From the NCBI RefSeq assembly GCF_009914755.1, contig NC_060932.1: DNA of 64,000 nt; one strand, given 5' to 3'. This DNA is from the human T2T-CHM13v2.0 reference genome, Homo sapiens. The first letter of the stretch is position 1. Each line of letters opens with the position of its first letter. Both the position numbers and the translations under genes were made by a program. Shown here piece by piece: positions 30,201 to 50,959 of the stretch. The notes under the pieces were generated by a model that was not told the origin of the DNA, did not search any database, and saw only the letters and a list, made by a program, of their open reading frames with translations.

Positions 30201-32524
30201 CAGACGGCTGTTCTTCCCTCTCAAACCCATTCAAGTCATGAAGATTAAAATGCCATCGACTAGAGGATTACTTATTATCCCTCTGGTTTTCCTCTATTAA
30301 ATGTTATTTTTTTTCTTCTCATTTTCATGTTTTAAAGATAGTTGAACACATATTTAGCAAACTAAAACCAGTATAAACAGAAAAAGCTTATTATTAGTAT
30401 TAGTTTGGTTGCTCTTCTGTCATTAGATGTAACTCACAAAGTTTATAAAATAAGTTTTAGAATCCTTTTTGCCAGTTTCTCGCCAGGCAAATATCATGAG
30501 TGTTAGATGAATCAAATGGTTTAGTACCAAAAAAAAAAAAAAAAAAAAGAGAAAAAAAGGAAATGAAAATGTTTTATGAGGAGTATGGTCAGGTTTCAAG
30601 CTCAGTGGTAGGAAGACTCTGAATTCTGGATTTTTGTACTCCAGTCTGCTGTCTCCAGTTTTCCTGACTTTCTTGGTAATATCCTTTCCAATGGACAATA
30701 TGTCCTTTCTTGCATTTTGAGGCTGTGTCTGACTTCTTGAGAGCACAGCAATATTTTTGCACTTGTGTTTATCTCATGGTCGTGTGCCATGATTAAATCG
30801 ATGAGTTCATTTGAAGTCTGCAGCCAGTATCAGTCCCAAGGGATTTCCTTCAAGAGGGTCAACATGGCCTTCGTTGCAAAACTGTCAGGCCTTTAGGTAG
30901 TGAGAGAATCAAGTTGGAAAACACATTCTTGTAACTTTAAAAATAAATACTTGTCTGCCAACTACAAACAGCCTCCTAATGTGCCACATCCTACATGCAT
31001 TTGGATTTAATTTGTTTGCTTTCCTCTGTGATTGCTCTTTAATTATTGCAATGTTGAAACAACTTGCTCTGTCTCCAAAAATATGCTATAGTAGATGGGG
31101 CGAAGATGAGGGGGTAAAGAGCAGGCAGCCTGCAATGCTCAGGTAGCAGCTGTCCAAAGTGTGTGCCAATGTTTGGGGGACATCTGCTCAAGGCTCTCCA
31201 ACCTCACTGCTTCACCTTCCAAAGGATAGGGCAACTGGTGTCCAAAGGTAATTTCCTAGCAGTCAATTTATGGTCTTTTGAAAAATCGCAAAGTAATTAT
31301 TACCAAGAGATGATGGACTAACTTGAGATAAGTTAAGCTCATTAGAATATTTTAGCAGCAGCAGGAAGGTACAAAATGTAACTTTATCCAAAATCAAAAC
31401 AACAAAGCTCAGAGCATGATCGCTGTTCATGTCTACTTTTTTGAGATGAAATGGTGAAGCCTTGGGCTCATATCAGACTTTTAGCTTCCTTGTCAATGCT
31501 GTGAGAAGTCTCAATGCATCAGTCTAAACTCCGTTACAGCCTCTGCCTTTTGCATTCCTTGACAACAATGACAAATGACAAGAATAATGGCTGACAATAT
31601 GATTACACATTAATTGGACGGCCTTGTTTCCACTCATTTGTATTGAGGGACAAATTCAGTAAATTTCCTCAAAGTTACACTGCTTGGGGTTAGTTTGAAT
31701 GTAGGCCTATCTGCTACTGAAGTCTCACTTCATTCATTAGGACACATAACATCATTTGTTGGGTTTCCAGGCTTTGTGTGTTAAGTTTGTGAGCTTTGTG
31801 TGTGTTAAGTTTGTTAGGAATGCTGGAGAACAGCTTATCTAGAGGAGAGAGGAAAGCAGGATTGGGAAGAGAAGGGGTTGAAGTCTGATGCAGTTACAAC
31901 AACCTTTTTCTGAGGGAGCTTTAGAGGTAGACTTGCCCTTAGAGATGTCCAGAATTGAGGGGACAAGTTTTTGGTTATGAATAACTCTTGGGCAAGATGA
32001 GGTAGCTCCCTGTGGTTGGGGACAATTCTTAGACAGGCACTCAGTGTGAGAACCCAGCAGGTAATACTTCCTGTAGCTGGAAAAAGGAGCATTTTGGTCC
32101 TAACTGGAGGTGTGTGTTGTGGAGTGGTGGTGGTGGTATGAAATTTAGAAAGGGCACCATAGCATCAACTACAGCCCATATTTTGCAGCACTTGGATTCC
32201 TTTGCTTTGTATATTACGTTTGCTTCCTCTGGGAAGCAACATCATAGTTCAGCAACAATTCAGTTCCTACAGAATTCCTGGTCTCTTTGCCTTGGAAAGT
32301 TATAAGAGGAAGGTTTGTAGAACAAACTGTAGTCTCTTAACCTCCACTGCTGATCTTGAGGCTACAGCTAGATACGCATTGTCTCCCATCTCTACTGTCA
32401 ACTCCAACTCTAGTTTCCCTCAACCTCAGTTAGCACACCTGCTGGTCTAAAGGACTTATAATGGTACAACCCAGTTCCTTATCCCTGAAGCCTTTGGTTA
32501 CCATGCTTTTGGGAAATGTGGATG

Positions 32525-32770
32525 CTATATTTGTCCATTTACTGTCAAAATTGAGGACGGGGAGTATAATAGGCACCCTAGTGAATCAATTTGGTGCCAA
32601 ATATATTTTTCTCTGCTTCCGTATGTAAGAAAACTCCCATCTTCTGAATAGTCAGGGCCAGTTACACCTGTCAGGGTGATAACTCCTTTTCTTGCCTGCT
32701 GGCCTTTTGACACAGGAACCCTGAAGTCATTGACCTGTGGCCATAGCTTAAAATTGATTGGATATCTCAC
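32525..32770 (-). pseudogene. ERV-L dUTPase-like remnant
   Basis: Peptide QQARKGVITLTGVTGPDY...YIWHQIDSLGCLL...TVNGQ resembles the recalled ERV-L dUTPase (QQAKKGVTVLAGVIDPDY...YVWNTGDPLGRLL...KVNGK). Confidence 0.7.
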
Positions 32771-32944
32771 TGTATTCCTGCTGTATTCATTTCTCCTGTG
32801 GGAACTAGACCCTCTAGAATGACAGAACCTAACGTTTTGGGGACAGGAAACACACTATATCATTGGGAGCGGTGGTGAGGGAGGCTGGGCTACTTCTACC
32901 CTTAGTTCCTGGACCTATGTATTCTACAAATTGCAACATATAAT

Positions 32945-33187
32945 GATTGCTTTGGCTTTATTTTGCTGCATACCAAATGATCACACATCTGGTGGCATAA
33001 GACAACACTCACTATCTCACAGTTCTGTAGGCAGAAGTCTTAATGGACTCAGCTGGGTTCTCTGCTGAGAATCTCACAAGGATGGAATTAAGATGTGTGC
33101 CAGGCTGGGCTCTTATATGGAAGTCCTAGGGAGAAATCTGCTTCCAAACTTACACATATTGTTGGCAAAATTTAGTTCCTTATAGGA
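32945..33187 (-). mobile_element. MLT1E-like LTR fragment nested in the ERV
   Basis: tatctcacagttctgtaggcagaagtc...agggagaaatctgcttccaaact. Confidence 0.65.
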
Positions 33188-33202
33188 CTCTTTTATTCTT
33201 TA

Positions 33203-33658
<456 letters not shown>

Positions 33659-33837
33659 CTATCCGTTTTGTAATGATATCTGCGGTTGGCAGCCCTATGC
33701 TGCAGAGATCAGCTGCCACCGAGCTTCCCAGAGATACTCGTGCCACTCTTATTAAGGCATTCCTTATCACTTTGGTAAATGATATATCCTCCATTGCTCC
33801 ATTGGAACGTAGGACAAAGCCAGCTAGTGAGATTTTC

Positions 33838-33870
<33 letters not shown>

Positions 33871-35831
33871 CTGTATGTGGTATCTTAATTCCGGCAGGTT
33901 CACTCTCCTGAACCTTTTGATCCTGTTCTTTGCCATCTTCCACAGCAGTTCTGGGATCTCTATTTTACTTAGTATTTACCACTTATTTCTACATTTCTAA
34001 GAGCTGTCTTAGTGTGTGAGTATTATTCCCTTGCCAGGTTATTGATATCTTGTATCATAATATTTAACAGGTGTGAACTTTCCCAAATTTAACTTTTTGG
34101 TCTGGTCCCGCCCACCTTGATCTAGCATCTTCAGGGTTCAGTTTCACAGGCACACTCTCATATGCTGGCTAGTGTTGCTGTTCCTTCATCATGGAGTGTC
34201 TTTCCCTGTTTTGTACTCCAGCACTTCCCCAACCAGATTATGTTGTCACCCAACTCATTATCAGTCTGTGAACCAAGAGGAGAGGTGGAAGTAAATCTTG
34301 AGTGGACTCATGTGTTTGCAAGTCAGGGGCCTCTGTATCTTGTTCAGTAAAGAGCGGAATGCTAGCTTCTAGTGAGCCACTTACACAGTTTTAACAGAGC
34401 TCAACAGAACCTAGGAATTCAAGGCTTTCGAAATCATCAATCTAGATTCTAAATCCCAAATCTCAGAGTCTCACTCCCTTCTCAATTCAGAACTGATCTT
34501 GACACTACAGACTTTCTGGGTTGGAGAATTCAGCCTTCTGTGGAGCTCTTCTATCCTGTAACTACGTCCACTATCCAGAGGAGGTGAAAGTCCCTTTATG
34601 TGGTTTCCCCTAACTTATCCACTCTGGGAAATTAGACATTAGTTTCCATCAGCCTTTCACTGTCTTATTCTAATGCATCAATAAATAGCCCTTAGCAACA
34701 GCCATCAATTCCAAAATCCTTGAAATTACTGCTGCTTCTGTAATGCTCAAACATCTGAACAATTGCTCCAACAGTGCCCTTCCCTCCACAGTCATTCCAC
34801 CCCAGTTCTACTGATGAAATTCTAACATTTGCACTGTGACAAATGCAAAGAGTTACTGGTACTCCACCTAATGCCAGTGATGGGGTTGTCATTGCCAGTC
34901 AGTGAGTGGTTCAGTCCCAAATTCCTTTTTAGAGTTTGCTTCCTAGCACCACTCCAGGCATCCGTCAACAGTCTTAGATCAGCTTCACTGGAAATAGACT
35001 CTGAGACAGAATTTAAATGCAGGAAGTTTATTGGGAAGTGCTCTCAAGAATTTACCTGTCAGAAAGTGGAAATTAGATGTAGGGAGAGGTTGGATGGTAA
35101 TACTATTGCAACCAGAATTCAGTGGACCCTATAGGGGTTTTGGAGCTGGGATTTTGAGGCAAGAGAACCAGGACTTTACAGCCAGTCATTGAATAGTCAT
35201 TGGATGCCGGCTACCCCCAAGTAGGGCACTTGATTTTGTTTGGAAAAGATGGCTCCCTCAGTCAAAGGTAATTCCTGGGAAGGGACTCAGCTATTAAACA
35301 GCAACATCCCACACTCCACACCAAATAAGTGCCTTGGTCCTAAAAGTGAGACACCACAGCAGGTACTACATGCTGTGAATTCAGTTCCTAGGTCTGCCAA
35401 GGTCTAAGCCCTTAAGCAGACCGCTTCTCTCTGTATCTCAGTTTCTTCAGACATAAAGTAAAAACTGTTTGTGGAAGCTGGACTACATAACATCTAAGGA
35501 ACTCTCTTTCCCCCAAATATGATCAAGCGGTTTTCTAACTTTATGACTTAGCCTCCTGGGATAAAAAATGGTAGAGTGAAAATAAATTGACTAGTGTCAG
35601 TTAGACTTGTTTTTAGATCCATCTCTGTCACTTCAAATCTCTTAGGACTTTGACCAAGCTTTACAAACTTCTTTGTGACTCAGTGTTTCTATCTTCAAAA
35701 TAGGGAGACTGATCATGAGTGCATTAGGGAGACTGATCCTGAGTGCATCGGGTCACTGTGAGGCTTAAATGAGATTAATTTCTCCTCTTTTTCCATCTTT
35801 CTCACTTTCAACAAATATTAAAAGACTTTGG

Positions 35832-36737
35832 GGGGGAGGAGCCAAGATGGCCGAATAGGAACAGCTCCGGTCTACAGCTCCCAGTGTGAGCGACGCAGAA
35901 GACGGGTGATTTCTGCATTTCCATCTGAGGTACCGGGTTCATCTCACTAGGGAGTGCCAGACAGTGGGCGCAGGCCAGTGTGTGTGCGCACCGTGCGCGA
36001 GCCGAAGCAGGGCGAGGCATTGCCTCACCTGGGAAGCGCAAGGGGTCAGGGAGTTCCCTTTCTGAGTCAGGGAAAGGGGTGACGGATGGCACCTGGAAAA
36101 TCGGGTCACTCCCACCCGAATATTGCGCTTTTCAGACCGGCTTAAGAAACGGCGCACCACGAGACGATATCCCACACCTGGCTCAGAGGGTCCTACCCCA
36201 CGGAGTCTCGCTGATTGCTAGCACAGCAGTCTGAGATCAAACTGCAAGGCGGCAACGAGGCTGGGGGAGGGGCGCCCGCCATTGCCCAGGCTTGCTTAGG
36301 TAAACAAAGCAGCCAGGAAGCTCGAACTGGGTGGAGCCCACCACAGCTCAAGGAGGCCTGCCTGCCTCTGTAGGCTCCACCTCTGGGGGCAGGGCACAGA
36401 CAAACAAAAAGACAGCAGTAACCTCTGCAGACTTAAGTGTCCCTGTCTGACAGCTTTGAAGAGAGCAGTGGTTCTCCCAGCACGCAGCTGGAGATCTGAG
36501 AACGGGCAGACTGCCTCCTCAAGTGGGTCCCTGACCCCTGACCCCCGAGCAGCCTAACTGGGAGGCACCCCCCAGCAGGGGCACACTGACACCTCACACG
36601 GCAGGGTATTCCAACAGACCTGCAGCTGAGGGTCCTGTCTGTTAGAAGGAAAACTAACAACCAGAAAGGACATCTACACCGAAAACCCATCTGTACATCA
36701 CCATCATCAAAGACCAAAAGTAGATAAAACCACAAAG
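35832..36737 (+). promoter_or_regulatory. L1 5'UTR: CpG-rich internal sense promoter with intact YY1 site, plus antisense promoter
   Basis: caagatggcc YY1 motif at ~35843 and high CpG density. Promoter function is established for L1HS 5'UTRs generally, not shown for this copy. Confidence 0.8.
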
Positions 36738-37754
36738 ATGGGGAAAAAACAGAACAGAAAAACTGGAAACTCTAAAACGCAGAGCGCCTCTCCTCCTCCA
36801 AAGGAACGCAGTTCCTCACCAGCAACGGAACAAAGCTGGATGGAGAATGATTTTGATGAGCTGAGAGAAGAAGGCTTCAGACGATCAAATTACTCTGAGC
36901 TATGGGAGGACATTCAAACCAAAGGCAAAGAAGTTGAAAACTTTGAAAAAAATTTAGAAGAATGTATAACTAGAATAACCAATACAGAGAAGTGCTTAAA
37001 GGAGCTGATGGAGCTGAAAACCAAGGCTCGAGAACTACGTGAAGAATGCAGAAGCCTCAGGAGCCGATGCGATCAACTGGAAGAAAGGGTATCAGCAATG
37101 GAAGATGAAATGAATGAAATGAAGCGAGAAGGGAAGTTTAGAGAAAAAAGAATAAAAAGAAATGAGCAAAGCCTCCAAGAAATATGGGACTATGTGAAAA
37201 GACCAAATCTACGTCTGATTGGTGTACCTGAAAGTGATGTGGAGAATGGAACCAAGTTGGAAAACACTCTGCAGGATATTATCCAGGAGAACTTCCCCAA
37301 TCTAGCAAGGCAGGCCAACATTCAGATTCAGGAAATACAGAGAAAGCCACAAAGATACTCCTCGAGAAGAGCAACTCCAAGACACATAATTGTCAGATTC
37401 ACCAAAGTTGAAATGAAGGAAAAAATGTTAAGGGCAGCCAGAGAGAAAGGTCGGGTTACCCTCAAAGGAAAGCCCATCAGACTAACAGCGGATCTCTCGG
37501 CAGAAACCCTACAAGCCAGAAGAGAGTGGGGGCCAATATTCAACATTCTTAAAGAAAAGAATTTTCAACCCAGAATTTCATATCCAGCCAAACTAAGCTT
37601 CATAAGTGAAGGAGAAATAAAATACTTTATAGACAAGCCAATGCTGAGAGATTTTGTCACCACCAGGCCTGCCCTAAAAGAGCTCCTGAAGGAAACGCTA
37701 AACATGGAAAGGAACAACCGGTACCAGCCGCTGCAAAATCATGCCAAAATGTAA
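36738..37754 (+). CDS. LINE-1 ORF1p (RNA-binding chaperone), intact 338 aa
   Basis: Full canonical length MGKKQNRKTG...NHAKM, with REKG, ARR and YPAKLS motifs present. Confidence 0.93.
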   Translation: MGKKQNRKTGNSKTQSASPPPKERSSSPATEQSWMENDFDELREEGFRRSNYSELWEDIQTKGKEVENFEKNLEECITRITNTEKCLKELMELKTKARELREECRSLRSRCDQLEERVSAMEDEMNEMKREGKFREKRIKRNEQSLQEIWDYVKRPNLRLIGVPESDVENGTKLENTLQDIIQENFPNLARQANIQIQEIQRKPQRYSSRRATPRHIIVRFTKVEMKEKMLRAAREKGRVTLKGKPIRLTADLSAETLQARREWGPIFNILKEKNFQPRISYPAKLSFISEGEIKYFIDKPMLRDFVTTRPALKELLKETLNMERNNRYQPLQNHAKM

Positions 37755-37817
37755 AGACCATCGAGACTAGGAAGAAACTGCATCAACTAATGAGCAAAAT
37801 CACCAGCTAACATCATA

Positions 37818-41641
<3,824 letters not shown>

Positions 41642-42346
41642 ACAATGAGATCACATGGACACAGGAAGGGGAATATCACACTCTGGGGACTGTGGTGGGG
41701 TTGGGGGAGGGGGGAGGGATAACATTGGGAGATATACCTAATGCTAGATGACACGTTAGTGGGTGCAGTGCACCAGCATGGCACATGTATACATATGTAA
41801 CTAACCTGCACAATGTGCACATGTACCCTAAAACTTAGAGTATAATAAAAAAAAAAAAACATTAAAAAAAAAAAAAGACTTTGGTTTGTGATATTCTGCC
41901 TTAATATAGAAGTTCATTTGTATTATATTCATTAGATCACATAGCCAACGTAATTCAATCAATATCTATGCATTTTTCTGCATGCAATTTAGCTGTGTCT
42001 GAGAAAATCCACTTGAGTGAATGGAGGAAGCTTTATCCAATAGGAGAGCAGGTAGCAGCAGTGCTTGGGGAGATAGCAGTGCAGGTCCTGCATATGAGGA
42101 GGTGGGTTATCTTACCACTGTGTCCCCCTCCTGGTGGTGAATTACCCTGACACAATTACCACAGGAATGTTTCCCCGATAGTGTATCATTCTGTTATTCT
42201 TCTTGGATGAGTTTGTTTGATGAAACATAGTCCAGTGGCATGTCTTCAGTGAGAAGCATTCAGGTGGAAGCAGGACTTGCCTTTCATAGAAAGGGAGGGC
42301 AGGAAGTCAAGGTGAGAGGGGAGATGAGCTGAAAGACCAAGGCCAT

Positions 42347-42711
42347 TGTATTAATCTGTTCTCACCCTGCTAATAAAGACATACCCAAGACTGGGTAATT
42401 TATAAAGAAAAAGAGCTTTAATGGACTCACAGTTCCATGTGGCTGGGGAGGCCTCAACAATAATGGCAGATGGTAAAAGGCACGTCTTACATGGCAGCAG
42501 ACAAGAGAGGGAATGAAAACCAAGCAAAAGGGGAAACGCCTTATAAAAACGTCAGATATCACGAGACTTATTCACTATCACGAGAACAGTATGGTGGAAA
42601 GCATATCCATGATCCCATTATCTCCCATCAGGTCCCTCCCACAACATGTGGGAATTATGGGAGCTACTATTCAAGATGAGATTTAGGTGGGGACACAGCC
42701 AAACCATATCA
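42347..42711 (-). mobile_element. THE1B solo LTR
   Basis: TG...CA termini, TSD gccat, cagccaaaccatatca end. Confidence 0.93.
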
Positions 42712-43817
42712 GCCATGCTCTTTTAGGTGTTAAGGAAAACACATTTGTAGTGATATTTGCACAATTAATCTTGTTCAAGAGAAGAAGCCTATGGTGGGAC
42801 TAGAATCAAAGGATAAATGGTCATTCATCTCATAGAGAAATTCCACATTCAGAAAGGCTCTTGACTTCAGCTCTTTCCGGTGGCTGCAATGATCCAACTT
42901 TCCATCTGAGGACACAGGTCTGCCCCCAAAGCTCTCTAGACTAAGAAATGAGGTTCTGAATACCTTGAATAGAATATACAAAGTCAATGATACAGAGGGA
43001 AGATCACTTACGCTGGCATAGAATAGAACTGACTTTGAATTTCTAGCTCTCTTATTTACTTGCTGATAACTTAGGAGAAATTAACTTCTCTGAGCCTAAG
43101 CGTCTTTGGATATTAAAGAGAGATAATCATACCTTCTGTAAAGAGAGACTGTGAGAAATAAATTAGATTACCATATAGAACACCAGGAAAAAATTGGATG
43201 GTCAATAACATATATCTTTTATTATCAGTCACTTTGGTTACTTCCTCCTGATCCTTATCCTCGGAGAGCATCTGTCTTCATAATGGAGATTTAGCCTTGA
43301 TCATTTTCCTTGAGTTATTGGGCCTGATTTCTGTCAATAAATGCAGCCCAGGCTTGCTTTTGCCATTCCCTTCCTACAGAGTTGTTTCTGAACCTTCAAG
43401 CCTGAGGACGTCTCTCCCTGATATGCCTATCTATCTGGATTTTAGTATAACTCAGTATAGATGCTTCCTACAAAATGGAAATGTTGCTCACCTTGGCTCT
43501 CCATAGTCAGTTGCTCACTTGTACTGTAAATATATCTATGATCATTGTCCTGTGCCTTGCCTATCAAGCTGAGCTGCATTTTACGTGGTTGGGTTGTTTC
43601 CTTCCAGCTTCTTCTTCTGTCTGCCTCAGTGGAAAAGTGCAATTCCAGGTACTTTTCTGTCTTCTCTTTCAGCTTGGGAAGATGGATCAATATGGCCTGT
43701 AGAGTAAGAAGACCTATATCCAGATCTGCATTTTACTGTTTTCTCTGGGTGAGTCACTTTTTATGTGCTAAGGTTGCTGTAAGTGTTGAATGTGATAGAA
43801 GTAATGACAGACATTTT

Positions 43818-46493
<2,676 letters not shown>

Positions 46494-47332
46494 TAATTAT
46501 TTAATTTAATTCTCATAATATCCTAATATCTTCAATGTGAAAAATCTCTATTATTTTCATTTTACAGATAAGACTGAGAGTCAAAGTGAGGACAGGAAGA
46601 TAGGAAGGCAGATGTCAGAGAAAGGATCATAAGGTAGTGGAGAAAAGAAAAGAAAAAAAAAGAACAGGTCTTTAAGAGAGGAGACACAACAGTAAGTTGC
46701 AACAAGTAGAACTTTCAGCTTTCTATGCCGTCTTCTTTGTAAGCAACAAACTTTTCTAAAATCTGAATGGCAACAAGAAAAGCAGTGGAGTCATAGAGTC
46801 AGAGTTTGAACAGGACAGAGCATTTACTTATGCTTTTTCTGAATACCTAGATGCCAACACTTTTTTAGCACACTTATTAAACCAAACCAGTCTGAGTATT
46901 TTGTCTCTTTCCTCTAATGTCTAGTCCAAGAATTCAATTCTAGATCCCAGAATTGATACTCTGTAGGCTGGTGGTTGGAGCTGGCCTAGGGATGGAATTA
47001 TTTCAATGTTCAGAATGCCTCATTTATTCAACCAATATTTAAATGTATTGTATAGACAAGGTATAGTCTGTACTGGGGATAAAGGGGAGAGCTGGATATT
47101 GTTTGGGTATGAAGGGCTTAAGCCTCAGCTTCATCTTTTGTCTTTGGGGTGCAGAGTGTGTGTGTAGACAGGACCATGGAATTTATAATATTTGGAAGTA
47201 CAAATAATTTTACTTGTAAAACTACTTAGTTTCAGGTCCATCAAATAAAGCATGTGGCTTAGTGACTGACATCATCCACGTGGATCAACTTGGATCATTT
47301 ACAATTTTTATTCTTTTTCCATAATTAGTAGT

Positions 47333-47702
47333 TGATAAAGGTTGGCTCTGTGTTCCCAACCAAATATCATGTTGAATTGTAATCCTCAGTGTTGGAGGAG
47401 GGACCTAGTGTGAGGTGACTGGATCATAGGGGCAGACATACCCCTTACTGTTCTCATGATAGTGAGTGAGTTCTCACGAGATCTGGTTGTTTAAAAGTGT
47501 GTAGCACTTCCCCCTTCACTCTCTCTCTCCTGCTCCACCATGTGAAAATGTGACTGCTTCTCTTATACCTTCCACCGTGATTGTAAGTTTCCTGAGGCTT
47601 TCCAAGCCATGCTTCCTGTACAGCCTGCAGAACTGTGAGTCAATTAAACCTCTTTTCTTTATAAGTTATTGTATAATAGCAGTGCGATAACAAACTAATA
47701 CA
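47333..47702 (+). mobile_element. MSTA-type solo LTR
   Basis: tgata...aactaataca termini, TSD gtagt, ATTAAA poly(A) signal at 47643-47648. Confidence 0.92.
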
Positions 47703-49149
47703 GTAGTCTTATTTAGCTTGATCCTCATCTATGAAATGGGCACCATTATAATCATACCTATATCAAAAATGTGTTTTAAGTATTGCTAATATCCTTTGTA
47801 AACTACACACTGTGCCCCCTCCCCCACACCACATACAATGTTTTGATAAAGGGCTTCGTAATTTATTTTTAAAAAGTTTACATTCACTATTTAACAGTTA
47901 CAACAATCTTTTACAGTGGGTATCTCTTTCCTCAGTTTATATTATAACAGATAAGAAAATTGGCATTCAGAAGTCTGAGCATGCTGACCCAGTTTAATAG
48001 ATGTAGGAGACAAGGCTCAAGCATAGATCATAGCAAATCAGATTCCAAGTCCTGAGTTTCAAGATATCAGCTTCCTTTCAAAATCTCCTAATTACCCTTG
48101 TTAATTGGCAGGTCTTTCATGAAAATATCGTGGATCATGCTGAAAAAGAACTTGCTACTTTTTATATATTTTCAGAAGAAAGGGTGAAGAGAACCAGCTT
48201 TAGTTAGAGTCTCTGTATTATAGGTGACATAACCGAGGCTGTGGGATGTATTTCCAGCTTAAAGACATACAGCTAGTGAGTCACAAGATGTGATTGGAGC
48301 CCCTGTCACACTTTGGCAACATGGCTGCCTCCGTTGCAAGCTCCTCTAGGTTCCTCGGGCAACACAGTCTCCACCTCTGAACTGTTTTCATGATGCTCTG
48401 CATTTTCTGTTTAAAAATGCCCAGTGGGAATACACACTGGGAGGCAATTTAGCCAAATATCCTTTTTAGCAAATGATTTATTTACTGCTGCTAGGACAGC
48501 ATTTTCTCCTAATCTTTATCCGGCCCTCTTTGTTGCTTCCTGTCTTTCTTGTTCACTTCTCGCCAGGAAGCCTCTTATCTTTGCTGATTTGGGGCCAGTT
48601 CATCTTCTCCTCATGGTAAATCTGAGGCTAATGGGCACCCAGAAGAAAAGCAAAGCCTAAGGCCACTCAGAAACACAAGTATCTTTTCTTGTAATAGACA
48701 AATTATTTCTTCCCCTAAATTCTTAAATGGGATGCCTCCTAATGAGATTTCTTCCCCTCACACTATCAACTTTTTCTCATGTATCCATCCTTCTCCAAAC
48801 CAAGGATAACTGAACAAACTTAGATTATTTGGGGAATAGGAAATAAGTTTGATAAAAATCAGTGTGCTTTTGGTGTTTGCATATCTGGAAGATGCATTTG
48901 AGAGAAAGGAGGCCGTATTACAGGATCATGACAAAGAGAAAATGGTATATAGTGGCCTTGTACTCTGAGCTCATATACTAAACATAACCACTTTCATTTT
49001 ATGCATTCAGAGGGGCATATGTCTAGTCGATTGTGAAGACAGACCAAAATTCACTGAAAGCCTTTCTCTTCATTATATTACCTATCAAGATGAAAAGTAT
49101 AACCTTGCTTGTCAGCTTTGATGGAGGCTACATAGTTGAATAAGATGTT

Positions 49150-49537
49150 GTCAATAGAGCAAGACCAACTTAGCTCAACCTGGAATACTTTTTCCTGCCT
49201 GTCACCATGGCTTGCTCCCTCACATGTTTCAGGTCTTTGCTCAGGTATCACATTCTCAGTGAGGTCATCCTTGTTCATCCTATTCAAATTGTTTCTCTAA
49301 CATCCTCTCTCTTCCTTTCCTGATTTATAGCCTCTGTAATATTTATCACCACCTGACCCATTATATATTATACTTATTTATTTGTTTACTGCCTCTCTTC
49401 CCTTGCTAGACTGTAAGCCACATAAGGCAGGAATTTTTAACCATTTTGTTCACTATTGCATTCCCAATGCTCAGAACAGTGCCCAGCACATAGTAGGTGT
49501 TCAGTGAATATCTGTTGAGTGAATAAATGAATGAATG
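49150..49537 (+). mobile_element. L2 3' end
   Basis: agaacagtgcccagcacatagtaggtgttcagtgaatatctgttgagtgaataaatgaatgaat terminus. Confidence 0.85.
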
Positions 49538-50959
49538 GAGGAAGGGCAGTTAGGTGCCTAGGTGCCTAGTGGTGAGACCCAGAGCTCTATCCCGAGTGCT
49601 TCCCAGATCGAGACATTTTTTTTTCCCCCACTGGCAAAGAGCACAAAAATGCATTTCAGATGCTAGCTCTGCCCAGACTAGATGGCTTTTGCTATTTAAT
49701 TTTTGAAATCGAGATGAGAGCTTTATATTCATTATGTGAAATCTCAGCCTTTGACCTTGATAATCTGAGATTGTTTTTGGTGTCTGTTCTCTGACCTCAA
49801 AATGCTAGATGGTTTTGTCTTCTGCACCTTCCCTTCAAAATCCTCAGCCCTACCCCTGGTGCTCGGACTCCTCAGTCTTATAGCCTATACTCCATTATTT
49901 CCAGATCAGGCTGTCATCTGGCCTTCAACAAACTCTATGTCAAAAGTTGTCTGATTTCAAAGCAAAATGCATTTTAATTGAGCATCCTGGAGAACAAAAA
50001 GCTCTTTCATATTTTCATGTTAGCATTCTGTTTTTACTGCCATTTAGTTCTTTTGTTTTTCTATTATGATACAAAGAAATTTTGGTAGGCTTACAGAGTG
50101 AATTCACTTTTTAGCAAGTCTACTGGATTCATATTTTTTGTAGCATGCCTTATGAATCTCAGTTAATAAGACAAAATTTAAAAGAAGAAAATAGCTGCTC
50201 TCAATAACGTATAGAGTGAAGTCATTTCCGCCTCTTTCTTAGCTTTCTTCAGGCCACTCTCCACAGGGCCTGGGAATGAGCCACTTGCTTTTCACACCTC
50301 ACTGATTCTTGCAGAAGGGTCACATTGTTTCATTCTCCATTTGCATCGTGGTGTTGGGTCTTTGAAGCAGGCAGATTTGCTGCCACAAGCCACCTAGTTG
50401 GCCTCCTGTCAGGGAGCTTTAACTACTCAAGCTGGGCTCAGGGACACAGCCCAGAACTCTCCTACCTATTTCTTGTCTTTCCCATTGTCCCCTGGGCTCA
50501 GTTCTATGCTTGTCTGTTTCCTAAACATTTTAGCTTAATCTCCACTCTCTGATCTTGTGCTGACCTCCTGTATCAGTGGCATATTCAGTTTGCCTAGTTT
50601 GGGTCATTACCTATTTCTTACAGGCCAGGTTTTCACTTATCCTAGAGGTTTGGAATCATCCTTTCTTGGCTGCTCTTATCTAAATATCTAGGATCATCAA
50701 GATTCAGTCTCCAGTGCCAGCTTACTTTACAGGAGAAACTCAAAAACATAGGGAGTACATGCACTCTCTTTCCATCTCCCAAGGAATTGCCAACTTTTTT
50801 AGCATGTTCTTCTTCCCCCTGCTAACAAAAAGGAAAAAGAAAGGGGAAGAGAAAGGGAAGTATTAAATAAGCAATAACAAAGAGAATAAAGAACATAAAT
50901 TATTAAAGACAAGCCCAAAACAAGCCAAACAAACAACAACAACAACAAAAAACACCTTG

